The notes beneath the pieces were generated by a model that saw only the letters and a list, made by a program, of their open reading frames with translations, searched no databases and was not told the origin of the DNA. This document shows positions 50,059 to 62,848 of a DNA stretch of 64,000 bases, piece after piece. Positions within the stretch are counted from its first letter, which is position 1. Every line of letters starts with the position of its first letter. Position numbers and translations under genes: made by a program. The DNA lies in NCBI RefSeq assembly GCF_009914755.1, contig NC_060929.1, one strand, 5' to 3'. The stretch comes from the human T2T-CHM13v2.0 reference genome, Homo sapiens.

Positions 50059-50950
50059 TAACTTGCCTGGTAGGTTACCTTAGTAACTCGGTAACTGCTT
50101 ACTTGGTAATTATTTCAAGTTCTGTTTGCTTTGTTACTTATACATGGTTTAGAGTTCCTTTTAGAAATTTAAACTAAAAAACTATAAATGTTTACTATTT
50201 ATTTGTGCCTAGATTTGTTAAAAAGAAACTTGACAACTCTAATATGCATAATATATTTACTCTATTGACAAGGATTTTTAAAAAAGAAAAAAAAACTGGC
50301 TGCAATAGACCTTTCATTCATATAAAAAATGTTTTGCCCAGTTATATAACTAATACATATTCATTGTGGGAAATGCAGAAAATACTAAAGAAATAGAAAG
50401 AAAAATTCATAAATTCTACATTAAATAAAAACTAGTGTTCTGGTCTTTTTTTCTGTGTGATAATATTATACTATCTTTTCATGTATTATTCAAATACAAG
50501 TGTTAACCAGTGTTGTTAATGAAGTCTTGAGAAATGCCATTTTAAGAACTACACAGCATTACACCATGCAGATGCACTTAACCAATTCCCTGTTCCTGGA
50601 CATTTAAGCTATTTCAATTTCTTTACTATTGTGAAAAATGCTGTACTATCTTTATGCATCATGATTTTTCTAAACTCTAGAAAATTCTTTAGGATGGATA
50701 GCTCTAATAATTTAACTTGAAAAAGTAAATGTTTGTGTGTGTCTAAATATAAATAGTGGCAATATTGTTCCCAAACTGACTGCATCAATTTATATTACTA
50801 TGAACTGTATACAAAGTATCAGTTTTATTTTTCCCCCAATAGCATTTCTCTCTTCCTAACTGAAGAGCTATAAAATGAATTCTTGTTTCAATTTTCATTT
50901 CTTTGTTTAAAAGAAATAAAACCTTTTTATTGATCATTTTCATTACTTAC

Positions 50951-51019
50951 AGCCTGTTCCACTAATTTTCCTGAGGCTAATTCCTCTTGGAGTTTCTGGG
51001 CTTTCAATGTTCGTTTTGC
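50951..51019 (-). CDS. SLU7: SLU7 exon 6
   Basis: AKRTLKAQKLQEELASGKLVEQA. Confidence 0.95.
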
Positions 51020-51964
51020 CTTTAAAAAAAAAAAAAAAAAAAAAAAAAGAAAGAAAGAAAAAGTAAACATTTAAATTTTACTTACAACATTCAAGTCACC
51101 ACCTAAATTTTTATATATTTAAAATGAATAACTTTAAATTAATTTATTTCAGAAAAGGTCACTGAACAAACCTATCTCTTTGGGATTCCTTGTAGCCCTA
51201 GACCTATTACTCTATAAAGAGCAGGAGTTACACAGTGTTTGAACCAGGCATTAATGTAAACTGAGCCAAATGGCATCAGTAGTAAATTGCAGGGAGCAAG
51301 CCCTGACAAAAACAAGCAGTTGCCACAGAACTCTAGATGACTGACTCTTACCAGGCAGGCGTGGGGTTACCATATATTACAATATTCAAGAAAAGATGAA
51401 ATCCAGATTTTTATATGAAATCTTATAATTTTAAAATGATACCTCTAATTAAAAAAAAAGGCAGTGTGACTATGACTTCAAAGGAATAAGGGTGAATAGG
51501 TCAAATCATAACAGTAAAAACTGAAGTTGGGTTAAAATAAAATAAAATTTTCTGAAACAAATTATCCATTCCCTTTCTACTACTCCCAAATGCTATGGGA
51601 GGCAACTATAAAATAGGTTCATGGGCAAGCTATAGCTTGGGGCCATACATTTCTAACCTCACAAAACCAAAAGCTTTGGACACTAATCTGTCTTCATGCT
51701 TCCAATATCTTTTGCTACCTAAGTCAGGGAGTAAAGGACCAATATAAGAATCAAATAAGAAGAAACTGCTGGCAAGTATGGCTAGCACACTATTTCCTTT
51801 ACTCAATATTACAATTATAAAGGTAGCCTATACAGTAGTACTACTACTATTATAAAAATGCTACCATTTTTAAAGTGCTTCAAGATTTGAAAAGTAGAGC
51901 TGCTAGAGATACAGCAAAAGGACGATTCTTTAAAAACCCCAGGAAAGCAGGGAATTTTGCTCAC

Positions 51965-52129
51965 CAAATCAACTTTGGCATACTCTTCAACAATTTTCAT
52001 GTGTTCTTCTGGATTGTAGCCATTCCACCGATCCCTCTTCCCATCATAGTCAAACATCAGTTGAGGCTGGACATGTTCATCTGGAGCTATATTAGTACCT
52101 GTAAATTTGGCTCCAACTCGCCTAGGTCT
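51965..52129 (-). CDS. SLU7: SLU7 exon 5
   Basis: [11 protein letters not shown]...[13 protein letters not shown]...AKVDL. Confidence 0.95.
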
Positions 52130-52407
52130 CTAAAAACAGAGTAAGATTTAATCTTTTCCTAAGTTTTTATGGCCCAAAGGAAAACTTCACACAACTTTTA
52201 CAGAGTGGGCACTTTACGATCTATTCAATTTACAGTTAGTCTTACAGTAGAAAATTTTGTTGGTGTTGAACCAATTCCACTGAAACTAATTTTTATTTAA
52301 CTTGTACCTAAATATAGGTGATTTCAGAAAAAGAGAAGTTAGCTCTCTGACAAAGAAAAAAGAAAGACTCTGACAACGGTTTTCAAAATTTTCAAAGGTG
52401 AACTTAC

Positions 52408-52488
52408 CTCAAAGCAGTCTTTCTTTTTGTGTGTCATGGCCCCACAATTTTCACATGCTCCTTTGCGGTACTTAGTAATTATGGAATT
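52408..52488 (-). CDS. SLU7: SLU7 exon 4, CCHC zinc knuckle
   Basis: [27 protein letters not shown]. Confidence 0.95.
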
Positions 52489-52827
52489 CTATAAATATAT
52501 ATAAAGAAAAACAAAAATGTCTTAACCACGTAAGTTAGAAATAACTTTGACTCTCATTACTATTTTGTCTAGGGAAATGATTTCTTTGTTAAAAGGAAAA
52601 TAAGTTAGAGTCTCCACACATTTATAAATGTGAAACTTTAAAGAGTTCAGGAGTGTAAAATTTATATAAGAAACACAAAGATAAAATAGTAATGCACTGT
52701 GAATTTCAATACCAGATAAAGGGTTTTATTATCTGTTTCTACTTTAAATAGTATTGCATTAAAAATTCTTACATTAAGTTCTTAAACTCTCCATATCCAT
52801 GAAGATGTATACAGGTTGCCTACATAC

Positions 52828-52981
52828 CTCTTTTACACCCCTCTTGTACCATTCTCCAGATGAGCTGAACTGCTTTTGTTTTTCTGGTTGTGGTCTCTGG
52901 TGTTTTAAAGTAGGTCTTTTTGAAGGATCAATATACCATGGCACTGAAGAAATATACTGAGGAATATGGGGGTTGATGTCT
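52828..52981 (-). CDS. SLU7: SLU7 exon 3
   Basis: [16 protein letters not shown]...WYKRGVKE. Confidence 0.95.
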
Positions 52982-53633
52982 CTGTAATTAAAGTAAAAAA
53001 AAAAAAAATTTAAGGATAAAATTGGAAAATAATCAGTATTACAATTACAAAGGTAGCTTATACAAAATCTAAGAACAGAAATATTGCAGTGGTAGGGGGA
53101 AGAGAACAAGGTTGCTATCTCTATACTATAATAAAGAATAATTAAAAATAAAGAAGTAATTTATTTTAGAGTGAAAATATTTCCAACTAAGAAACTAAGA
53201 ATAGTGATATAACTGAAGGGGGACAAGAGAGGAAGGAAAATAGAGATGTGTGTTAGTAATCTAAATCTTCTATCACAAGAAGTTTTGGTTCAAATAATGT
53301 CTATAGTCAATTAATTAAAATAATTGTGTAGGTATTATTATCTAGAGATGTGACGGTAACAACCAGAAAAACTCAAAATAGAAAGATTTCATAGCAGTCA
53401 CTTCTGTAGAGCAGGCCAGGGGTGGGAACGGTAAAAAAGGACTGTTGCTATTCATTATAAGCCCTTCAACATAATTTCATTATTAAACCATATGCATATG
53501 AGTTTGATAAAATAAAAAACAAAAATGACATAAATGAAGAGAGGTTCCTCTCAAAGGATGAAAAATTAATAAACTAAGTAGACATGAATTTGAATTCTGA
53601 ATGAATGGATCATACAAAAAATTAAGTACTTAC

Positions 53634-53803
53634 TTTCCTTCTTCATCAACTTCTGCAGGAGCATTGCCCAATTTTCGCTGTTCTTCTAGCTCCTTCTTCT
53701 TTCTCCAGTCCTCTCTGGTCATCTTCTTTGGTTCTTCCAAACTCATTTCTTTGGACCCCGATAGGGGTGCAGCATTAACTGCATCTACAACTGTGGCTGA
53801 CAT
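53634..53803 (-). CDS. SLU7: SLU7 exon 2, coding part (second-step pre-mRNA splicing factor); exon begins about 53819
   Basis: ACCATG start; [27 protein letters not shown]...EEG. Confidence 0.95.
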
Positions 53804-54394
53804 GGTTATCTGGCCTCCTCTAGGAAAAGAAGTGAAACTTACAGTAAAAAGTAGGCCTTCATGAATTCACTCAAACTACCAAAAATACATCCTAATAATA
53901 TATACTGTTTCATATGTTTTTTTTTCTCCTATATTATGTGTAAGGAAGGGTCTCTTCCCCCTCCTCGAGGTCTCTACATACTGTTAGCACTGTTTCTCTC
54001 TCAACTCCAATTTACAAATGGAGAGAGACACACACGTGTATTTAAAATTTCACAGGACTCTTTTCTCATATCCATCCTTAATCCCTCTTTCTGTGTATGT
54101 CTCAAACTTTTCTAACACAGTAACTCTTAATGAGAGAAAAGAGGGTCCTATCTCTGTACCCCTTCAAGAATGAACATCTCAAGAGTTATCTATATTCACT
54201 GCCTCCATTTCCTCACCTTCTATTTTCATCCTCACTCACTCTAACTTAGCCCTCCATTCCCTACCATTCTAAAGAAAAGAGTTACATCATTAAGTCATCA
54301 AGGACCATTGTGCTAAATCCAATGGACATTTTTCAGCTCTGTTCCTTCCCTTTTTATATATTATGTCTTGACTTCCCTGACACTACATTCTCTT

Positions 54395-54702
<308 letters not shown>

Positions 54703-55329
54703 CTCTTGGTTTTTCTTGTACCTCTCTTGTCATCAAATTTTGCCCAGTTATTTAATGTTGGATTCCTCAAGGCTCAGTCAGCACCTTTTAAGCCACTCTA
54801 AACTCCCACTAATGGATAAGCTCATTTACTTCCAAGGCTTCAATGGTCACAATACAACACTGCTGGCTCTCCAACTTATTTTTCTATAAAATAAAAAATA
54901 ATAAAGGAACAACGTATTTTTCTATTCAAGACTTTTTATCTGAGCTTCAGATACATATATCCAATTGCTTACTTGACATCTCCACTTAGAGGCCAGAGGC
55001 ATTTAAACTCAATACGTCTTAATTCAATCTCATGATCTTCCCTCTGAAATCTAATCTCCTACTCTTCCCTATCTTAATGAAAGACAACACCATCCGTCCC
55101 TTTACATTAAGTGCTTCAGCTTATCCCTACATCTATCTCATCACTAAGAACAGTTATTTTCACCTTTTGAGTATCATTCAAATGCATCTACTTCTTTCCA
55201 TTCTTACTGCTACCACCCTAGTGTAAGTTATTACTTTTTCCTACTTACTGGACTCTTCTGATTCCCTCCAATCAATTCTCCACATTGCAGTGTTAATTTT
55301 TCAAAACACAAATCTGATCATATCATGTC

Positions 55330-55684
55330 TGACATGGTTTGGCTCTGTGTCCCCAGCCAAATCTCATCTTGAATTGTACTCCTGTAATTCCCAAGTGTTG
55401 TGGGAGAGACCGGGTGAGAGATCACTGAATCATGGCGGCAGTTTCTCCCATACTGTTCTCCTGGTAATGAATAAGTTTCACGAGATCTCATGGTTTGATA
55501 AAGGGAAACCCGTTTTGCTTGGCTCTCATTCTCTATTGTTGCCGCCATGTGAGAGGTACCTTTCACCATGTTTGTGAGGCCTCCCCAGCCACGTGGAACT
55601 GTTAAGTCCAACAAACTTACTTCTTTAGTAAATTGGCAGGTCTGGGCTATGTCTTCATTGGCAATGTGAAAACAGACTAATACA
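55330..55684 (+). mobile_element. THE1-type MaLR solo LTR
   Basis: TGACATGGTTTGGCTCTGTGTCCCC...GACTAATACA with perfect 5-bp TSD ATGTC. Confidence 0.9.
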
Positions 55685-55741
55685 ATGTCCTACTGCCCAA
55701 GCTTAAAATCCTCCAATGCAGTACCGTCCAAAAATTCAATA

Positions 55742-56353
<612 letters not shown>

Positions 56354-57534
56354 CTAAAAACTGACATCTTTTTAACACACCTACACGGTCCACCATGGTC
56401 TGGCACCTGCCTACCTTCCAGCCTCACCATTACAACTATCCCCGCTTCCTTCTCTACTAACTACATAGACCTTCTTGTAGTTCCTCTAGTTCCTCTAACA
56501 CACCGTGCTCCCTGTAGACACTGGGCCTTTACACAAGCTCTTTCCCAGTGTAAAGTGCTCAATGCCTGGGGGTCTACGATGCTTCTCAAAGGTGTTCTCT
56601 TCTATGTCTGACCTATAGAAAACCTCCACATATATTTGTGTAACATATAAACTGATGGCCTAAATATACTGCGAAGAGAAGCACAACAACGGTAAATTTA
56701 ATCTTTATTAAAACAGCTACCATTTCTCGAGCCTACCGTGTATCACCTCATCTAATCTTCACAATAAGCCCAGTAGATAGGTCTGATGAACACCATTTTA
56801 CAGTGAAGAAACAGGTTCTGAGAGGTAAGATCCTCAGCCAAGAACACATTGTAGTAAGAAATAAGGACTTCAAACACAACTCTGACTCCAAAGTCAGTTC
56901 TCTAAACCAGTATGTTATACTTGTCCACAGAACATTGGCTTCTGGGCCTAAAATATTAAAAACTAAAACTGAATAAAGTATTATAGTCACCAAGTTGTAC
57001 GCACTAGTTTCCGTCGCTGTGGAGGGACCTATTTTCTCCAACTAAAAACAGTAATAGCTCCCACTTACTGAGGGCTTACGTAAGACACTGTTTAGCGCTT
57101 TACTTACATAGATGTTTTCATTTATACCCGCATGATACCCCACTGAAGTCGGATCATCTCGACTTAACAGGAAAAACTGAAGCTCAAGTAAATTTTTCTG
57201 GCGAGGAAATACAGTCTGTCAATTTGGGTACTGGAAGCAGCTTTCCCTGCTCGCAGTCCGGGGATTGCTCAAGGTCTTCGAGGCACCGCCACAAAGGCGA
57301 CACTCTCATAGTTATCCCGACTGTTTCCCTGAAGACGCAGGCCTGGCCTGGCAGGGCACGAGTGCCATGAATGGGTCTCAGGACAGTGGCTTTTCGGTCC
57401 CCCGTCCTCGCTCCCTCAACACCTGAGGGATCATCACCCCCGTGAAGATATATCCAATAATTAGGAGCCTTCGACTCATTTTCTCAGGTTCCCCAACTCC
57501 CCGTCGCCCGCAAGTTCTAACAATATTTTCTTAC

Positions 57535-57800
57535 CCAGCCCCGCCGCAGCTAGCCCCAAGTCCATCCGACAGAATCCAAGCCAATCTCGTAATGTTTACT
57601 TCCGGCTTTTCGCCTAATTCCGGCGGCCACTGCGGTAACTTCCGGATGACCGGCACATGCGCACTAATTTCCTGGCGGGGCCGGGGGCGGAGGGGGGCCC
57701 TCCAGTGCTCCTGCGCCGTGGGAAACGCGAGAACTCTAGCTGCTGCGTATCGCGCTATTTACCCGGCTTGTGGGGAGTTTCAAGTTGGGCGGCTACTTTT
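57535..57800 (-). promoter_or_regulatory. SLU7: SLU7 non-coding exon 1 and CpG-island promoter
   Basis: Donor GG|GTAAGA at 57535/57534; ETS CCGGAAG motifs near 57600 and 57640; NRF1-like TGCGCA; GC boxes. Confidence 0.8.
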
Positions 57801-60199
57801 TGGCTTCTATTTAGGAGCTTTCTTTTAGAATCGGAGAATTTTAGGAAGTTAAAAAAAAAAAAAAAAGACCAGAACAGACAAGAGCTTAAGCCTCACCAGG
57901 GGACTATGAAATGAATGGGGAAGTTGGTGACGTATCAGCTTAAAAAAAAAAAAAAGCAGTTAAACTTGGCACTAATTAGTAGCCAGGCTGTGTAACATGC
58001 TGGGGATTTGGTGAACAGTGTCTTCCCTCAGATTTACATCAGAGTGCGAAAGACACCGAAACAACTATTCAGATTTAGCAGCTGTGAAAAGTTGCTATGA
58101 AAAGAATACCAGGTGCTGTGAGAACATAAGGCATGTTATCATTAGAAAAAAATACGACAATTTCCATTTTGGAGAAACAGTATCTATGCTATCCCATCCC
58201 TTCTTTAAAAGTATACATGTGAAATAAAACACTGGAAAATAAACTAATTTTCGTGGTAGAATTTCTTGTGATTTTTTTTTTCTTTGTGCTTTCTATTCTG
58301 GTTGTTCTCCCCCTCCCCCCCATAACGTGTATCCTTTTTGAATGTAAAAGTAAAAGTAGCTACCATTCCTGCCTCAATAAAATAGCCCAACATAATAGAA
58401 TCTATTTTTTTCGTATTAAGAATTTGCAATACCTGGAGTTTAGGAACATAAATATTAATTTTGCTTTTACAGGGCAGTAGATGAAGAAACAGTGTCAGAG
58501 ACTAGCGTGAAAGTGAATAGAGTCTATGAATCACTCAGGCTTTGTTTTTTTCCACTTAAAAATATTCCTGAAATTTGCTTAGAAGTGTTAAGGCCTAATT
58601 AGCCAAAACCACCAGGAGAGCGCATCTCGAAGAGGAATCAGAAAGCGCAGGACAAGACAGTTGAATCTTTTCTAAGACTTGAGGTCCCTCTGGAGGGTTC
58701 TGAGGAAGGTCTAGGAAAGCCGGGATTGGTTCTGGATGGGTTGCTGTTTGTAAAGAAGGATTGGGAGAAACTGATTAGGGACTAAGTGCTGTTATGAGTG
58801 AGGGTGGTTTAGCAATTGAGTATTTCCAGTAATAGGAATAGCAAAGCTGGTCTGAGGGCATCATTAGTAAGAAAACAGTGGTTATTCAGAGAGGGTGGTT
58901 ATGGTTTACAGCTGCTGCATGACCTTAGGAGAAACAATGCTTTCTGTTGGTGAAAAAAAGAAGACATCCTAAGACAAACCTTGCACCTCAAAACCTCTGT
59001 AGATAGAGAATCCCCACTTGGAAGCTATAGGTGTTGTGCAGATTTAGTCTTAAAAATTAACACTTTGAGTGCTGATAATATAATATGATGATGTAAAATT
59101 TAGGAGATACAGGAGGAAATAAAGGATGGGGATAAAGGAAAAAGAACAGTGAAGGGACAATAAAGGTATGCATATTTTTCTGTCTTTCCTCTTTTCTTCA
59201 CCTTAAGTTAGGCTCTTTTCTTATAACCTAGTATAATGTCCAGCATTTAATAGGTATTCAATAAATATTTGTGAATGAATGAATCATTCAATCAATATTG
59301 GTCCTGAAATGCCAGGGAAAAAGAGATGATGAACTGGCATATATTGAGAACCATGTCTATGTCAGGTATAGTGTCAAGCCTTTCGTGAAAGAGTAATATG
59401 GAATCAACTCCTCTCTCTCAGCTGATCTGCAGCTTAAAATGCATATATGGTGAACTGTGGGAAGCGGAGTTTGAATGACACAGGTCAGCCTTATGTTTTA
59501 ATTTATATCTTCATCTTGTAGTTGTTCAATGTATTCCATTTTACTATAGAAACAGGAAAAGGTCGTCAACTTTTTCAAGCAAAATTTCTTTTCATATCTG
59601 GGAAATTGGAATTCCTTTTTTATATCTTTATTATCTCTCTGATATTCTCTTGCTCCCTGGCCAAGCCCTTCCAGGCAACTTTGGTTAATATATTAATGAG
59701 ATGTTAGAGGTTTAAAATAAATCACTATCAAAGGATAGAATTTTAAGGGAAGACTAAATTATGTATTCATTAGAATCATAATTTTGTTCCTAAGACAGAT
59801 TCGTGATGGTATAATAGAAACAGTGTCTTAGCCTGAAGTATTGAGGATAGTCCTAAGATTAGGGAACGATCAGTTCGTTCTTAATCATAAGCATAAGAGA
59901 ATGACTCAAACGCTGCTGTTTGATCTACCTGTACTTACATTTCTTCTTAATTTTAAATTCTTCTCTGCTCGTATTCTTTAGACCCAACATTGGTTGTTTC
60001 CCCTATTTCTTCAATATTTCTATTTATTTTCCATCCTTTTTACAGGGTCATCTAAATAAAAATATCTTAAAGCAATAAACCATTGTTATTGAGTCAGTAC
60101 CTCAGTCCATGCAGCTTAATAATATGGAGAGCAAAAAAAAAAAGCCTCTCGATTTATTTTTTAATATTACACGATCCTAGTTTTTTCTTCCCAGAAAAC

Positions 60200-60401
60200 G
60201 TGCCACAAAGTTTGCAAGAAAGAGCTTTTGGGGCGGAGCCCTGGCTGCTTAGGTCCTTTCCATTGGTTCTACTTGGTGACCACGCCCACGGCCCCGCCTC
60301 CTGGGCGGAAGAGCCAATTGGGCCGCGAGTTGTGGTTTAAACCAGGAGTGCGCCGCGTCCGTTCACCGCGGCCTCAGATGAATGCGGCTGTTAAGACCTG
60401 C
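60200..60401 (+). promoter_or_regulatory. PTTG1: PTTG1 promoter and non-coding exon 1
   Basis: GC boxes; CCAAT boxes at 60262 and 60314-60321; CHR-like TTTAAA at 60336-60341; donor C|GTGAGT at 60401/60402. Confidence 0.85.
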
Positions 60402-60828
60402 GTGAGTGAATGGGAGGGTCGCGGGTGGTTAGTTGAGCCGGCTCCGGCGGGGAAGGAGGCGGGCTGCGGCTGCGGCTGGGGCTGAAGCTGAAGCTGGGGC
60501 TGGGGTTGGGGGACTGCCCGGGGCTTAGATGGCTCCGAGCCCGTTTGAGCGTGGTCTCGGACTGCTAACTGGACCAACGGCAACTGTCTGATGAGTGCCA
60601 GCCCCAAACCGCGCGCTGCTCGGGACCTTAGAGCCTCTGACTCAGGCTGGAAGATTTGAGAGCTGGATTAAGTACTTGTTGGCTCACGCCCGTGACTGTT
60701 CCGCTGTTTAGCTCTTGTTTTTTGTGTGGACACTCCTAGGATAGAAAGTTTGGTATGTTGCTATACCTTTGCTTCTCCCACCTTCCCCAATATCTAATAT
60801 GTATTTCTCATTCTTAGAATAATCCAGA

Positions 60829-60919
60829 ATGGCTACTCTGATCTATGTTGATAAGGAAAATGGAGAACCAGGCACCCGTGTGGTTGCTAAGGATGGGCTG
60901 AAGCTGGGGTCTGGACCTT
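60829..60919 (+). CDS. PTTG1: PTTG1 (securin) exon 2 coding part with KEN box; exon starts at 60818
   Basis: [30 protein letters not shown]; GTAAGT donor. Confidence 0.97.
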
Positions 60920-61224
60920 GTAAGTATACAAGGCTGCAGTCGGATACACTGGTATTGTGGACGTGGCCTGGAGCTGGACGAGACATTTAGTGTACTTTTT
61001 GGGCAATTGGAGTCGTTTGTTATTGGTCCTTTTTCATTTTTAATATCTTAATGAGATGATTTAAGGAAGTTACTGAATCTCTGCTATTAGGCCTATCATA
61101 GCCATGCCACTACCAAAAGTGGGGGGTGGGTTTGGGGGTGAGAGGTCAAGTTTATATACACAGTATTTAAGTTGTACAGGTATTTTGCTGCTGGAATATT
61201 CTTATGGTAAGACTTTTTCTTCAG

Positions 61225-61409
61225 CAATCAAAGCCTTAGATGGGAGATCTCAAGTTTCAACACCACGTTTTGGCAAAACGTTCGATGCCCCACCAGCCTT
61301 ACCTAAAGCTACTAGAAAGGCTTTGGGAACTGTCAACAGAGCTACAGAAAAGTCTGTAAAGACCAAGGGACCCCTCAAACAAAAACAGCCAAGCTTTTCT
61401 GCCAAAAAG
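61225..61409 (+). CDS. PTTG1: PTTG1 exon 3 with D-box
   Basis: [17 protein letters not shown]...RKALGTVN...FSAKK. Confidence 0.97.
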
Positions 61410-61608
61410 GTAAGTGTTGGCTATAAAGACACTGTTTAAACACTTAAGCACTTTTGACTCTTAAAATGACTATTGGCATCATCCTACGTAGCTTTCTTCT
61501 CTCTGAGTAGAAGGGAAATAGAGGTTAGCAAGCAGAGTAGTGGAGGAGACTCAGATTGTCCTTGTGGACTTCTTGGTACCTTGAGATTGGAAATCTCAGA
61601 TGCAGCTA

Positions 61609-61783
61609 ATGCATATTTTTGCCTCATGCATATTTTTGCCTCACCTGTCCTTCACTAGTGTCGTGAAACTGGTTGGTGGTGTCTACTTACAGATACAACA
61701 TACTGAGAGAGAGGGTGCCTTAAGAGAAACTGGTTGGTGGTATCCACTTACAGATACATACTGAGAGAGAGGGTGCCTTAAGA
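61609..61783. repeat. Two adjacent tandem duplications (17 bp x2; 61/58 bp x2)
   Basis: ATGCATATTTTTGCCTC at 61609 and 61626; GAAACTGGTTGGTGGT...GGGTGCCTTAAGA at 61665 and 61726. Confidence 0.92.
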
Positions 61784-62754
61784 GGTTCTGTTGCTGCTTT
61801 AATAGCACAGGTGCTGCCATTCTCTTAGCCTTCCAGGGCAAGCAGCAGCTTGTTAGGTGACAATTTGCTAGCATGTTGATCTTTGTGTGAGTGTGAGTCA
61901 CAAGCTACAGGTCTGTGTATCCCAGATGAGAGGACTTTGCTGTGAAAGATGACATTAGCATGTGGATTAACACTTTATTTGAATAACTGTTTTGTTTAAT
62001 TTGCATTAGGAAACAACTAGTGAATTACATATAGTGCAACTTAGGACAAAGATGTCTTCTTTAAAAAGTGAATTAACTTAAAGAAAAATATTAAATACAG
62101 GAATTGCAAAGACATGGCAAAAACAATGAGACACAGAACCGAAGTGTGAGAACCCCATAGGGAATTCTAGGCATGCATATGTGAGGTGAGATAAAGCAGG
62201 AACATGCCGGTTTCCATTGTAGCCCCTTCTATAGTAGACTGTAGTAGACCTGTCAACTCCAGACTAGAAGATTGCCCATGGTGTTTATTCTAAAGTCCTT
62301 GACAGTGTCTTGCTGCCTCTTACTCAGTGTGTGTATTTGAGGAACACAAACTTGTTTTTAATATTAACCAAGCAAATAATTTAAGGTAACACTTGTGGAA
62401 AAAATCACACTCCTATAAGCCAAAAATGGCTTTGATGATTAGCTACTATCCTGGGTGATTCATGCCCATTTTCTCCTCTGTTAGGTTGAATAATTGCATT
62501 GATTAGCTCTGAATTAACTGCATTCTTGATCACTTATGCTGACAGGTGCTGGTACTTAAATTTCAGATTTTAACTTTTGAGTCATGCTACTCGAATTACA
62601 TTTGAATCATATTATTTGAAGTATATTTAGGTGCAATTATGAAAACTAAGGATTATGGCTTCTTAGAAGGCAGCATGAAATTGACAAATTTAAAAACTAA
62701 TCAGCTAATAAGACTTCCACTCTCACTAACCCATATTTTCTTTGGCTGTTCTAG

Positions 62755-62848
62755 ATGACTGAGAAGACTGTTAAAGCAAAAAGCTCTGTTCCTGCCTCAG
62801 ATGATGCCTATCCAGAAATAGAAAAATTCTTTCCCTTCAATCCTCTAG
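62755..62848 (+). CDS. PTTG1: PTTG1 exon 4; gene continues beyond the window
   Basis: [31 protein letters not shown]; branch point CACTAAC near 62724-62730. Confidence 0.97.

Noticed and set aside
57442-57914. Plus-strand ORFs over the SLU7 promoter
   Set aside because: No recognisable homology; typical of GC-rich promoter DNA
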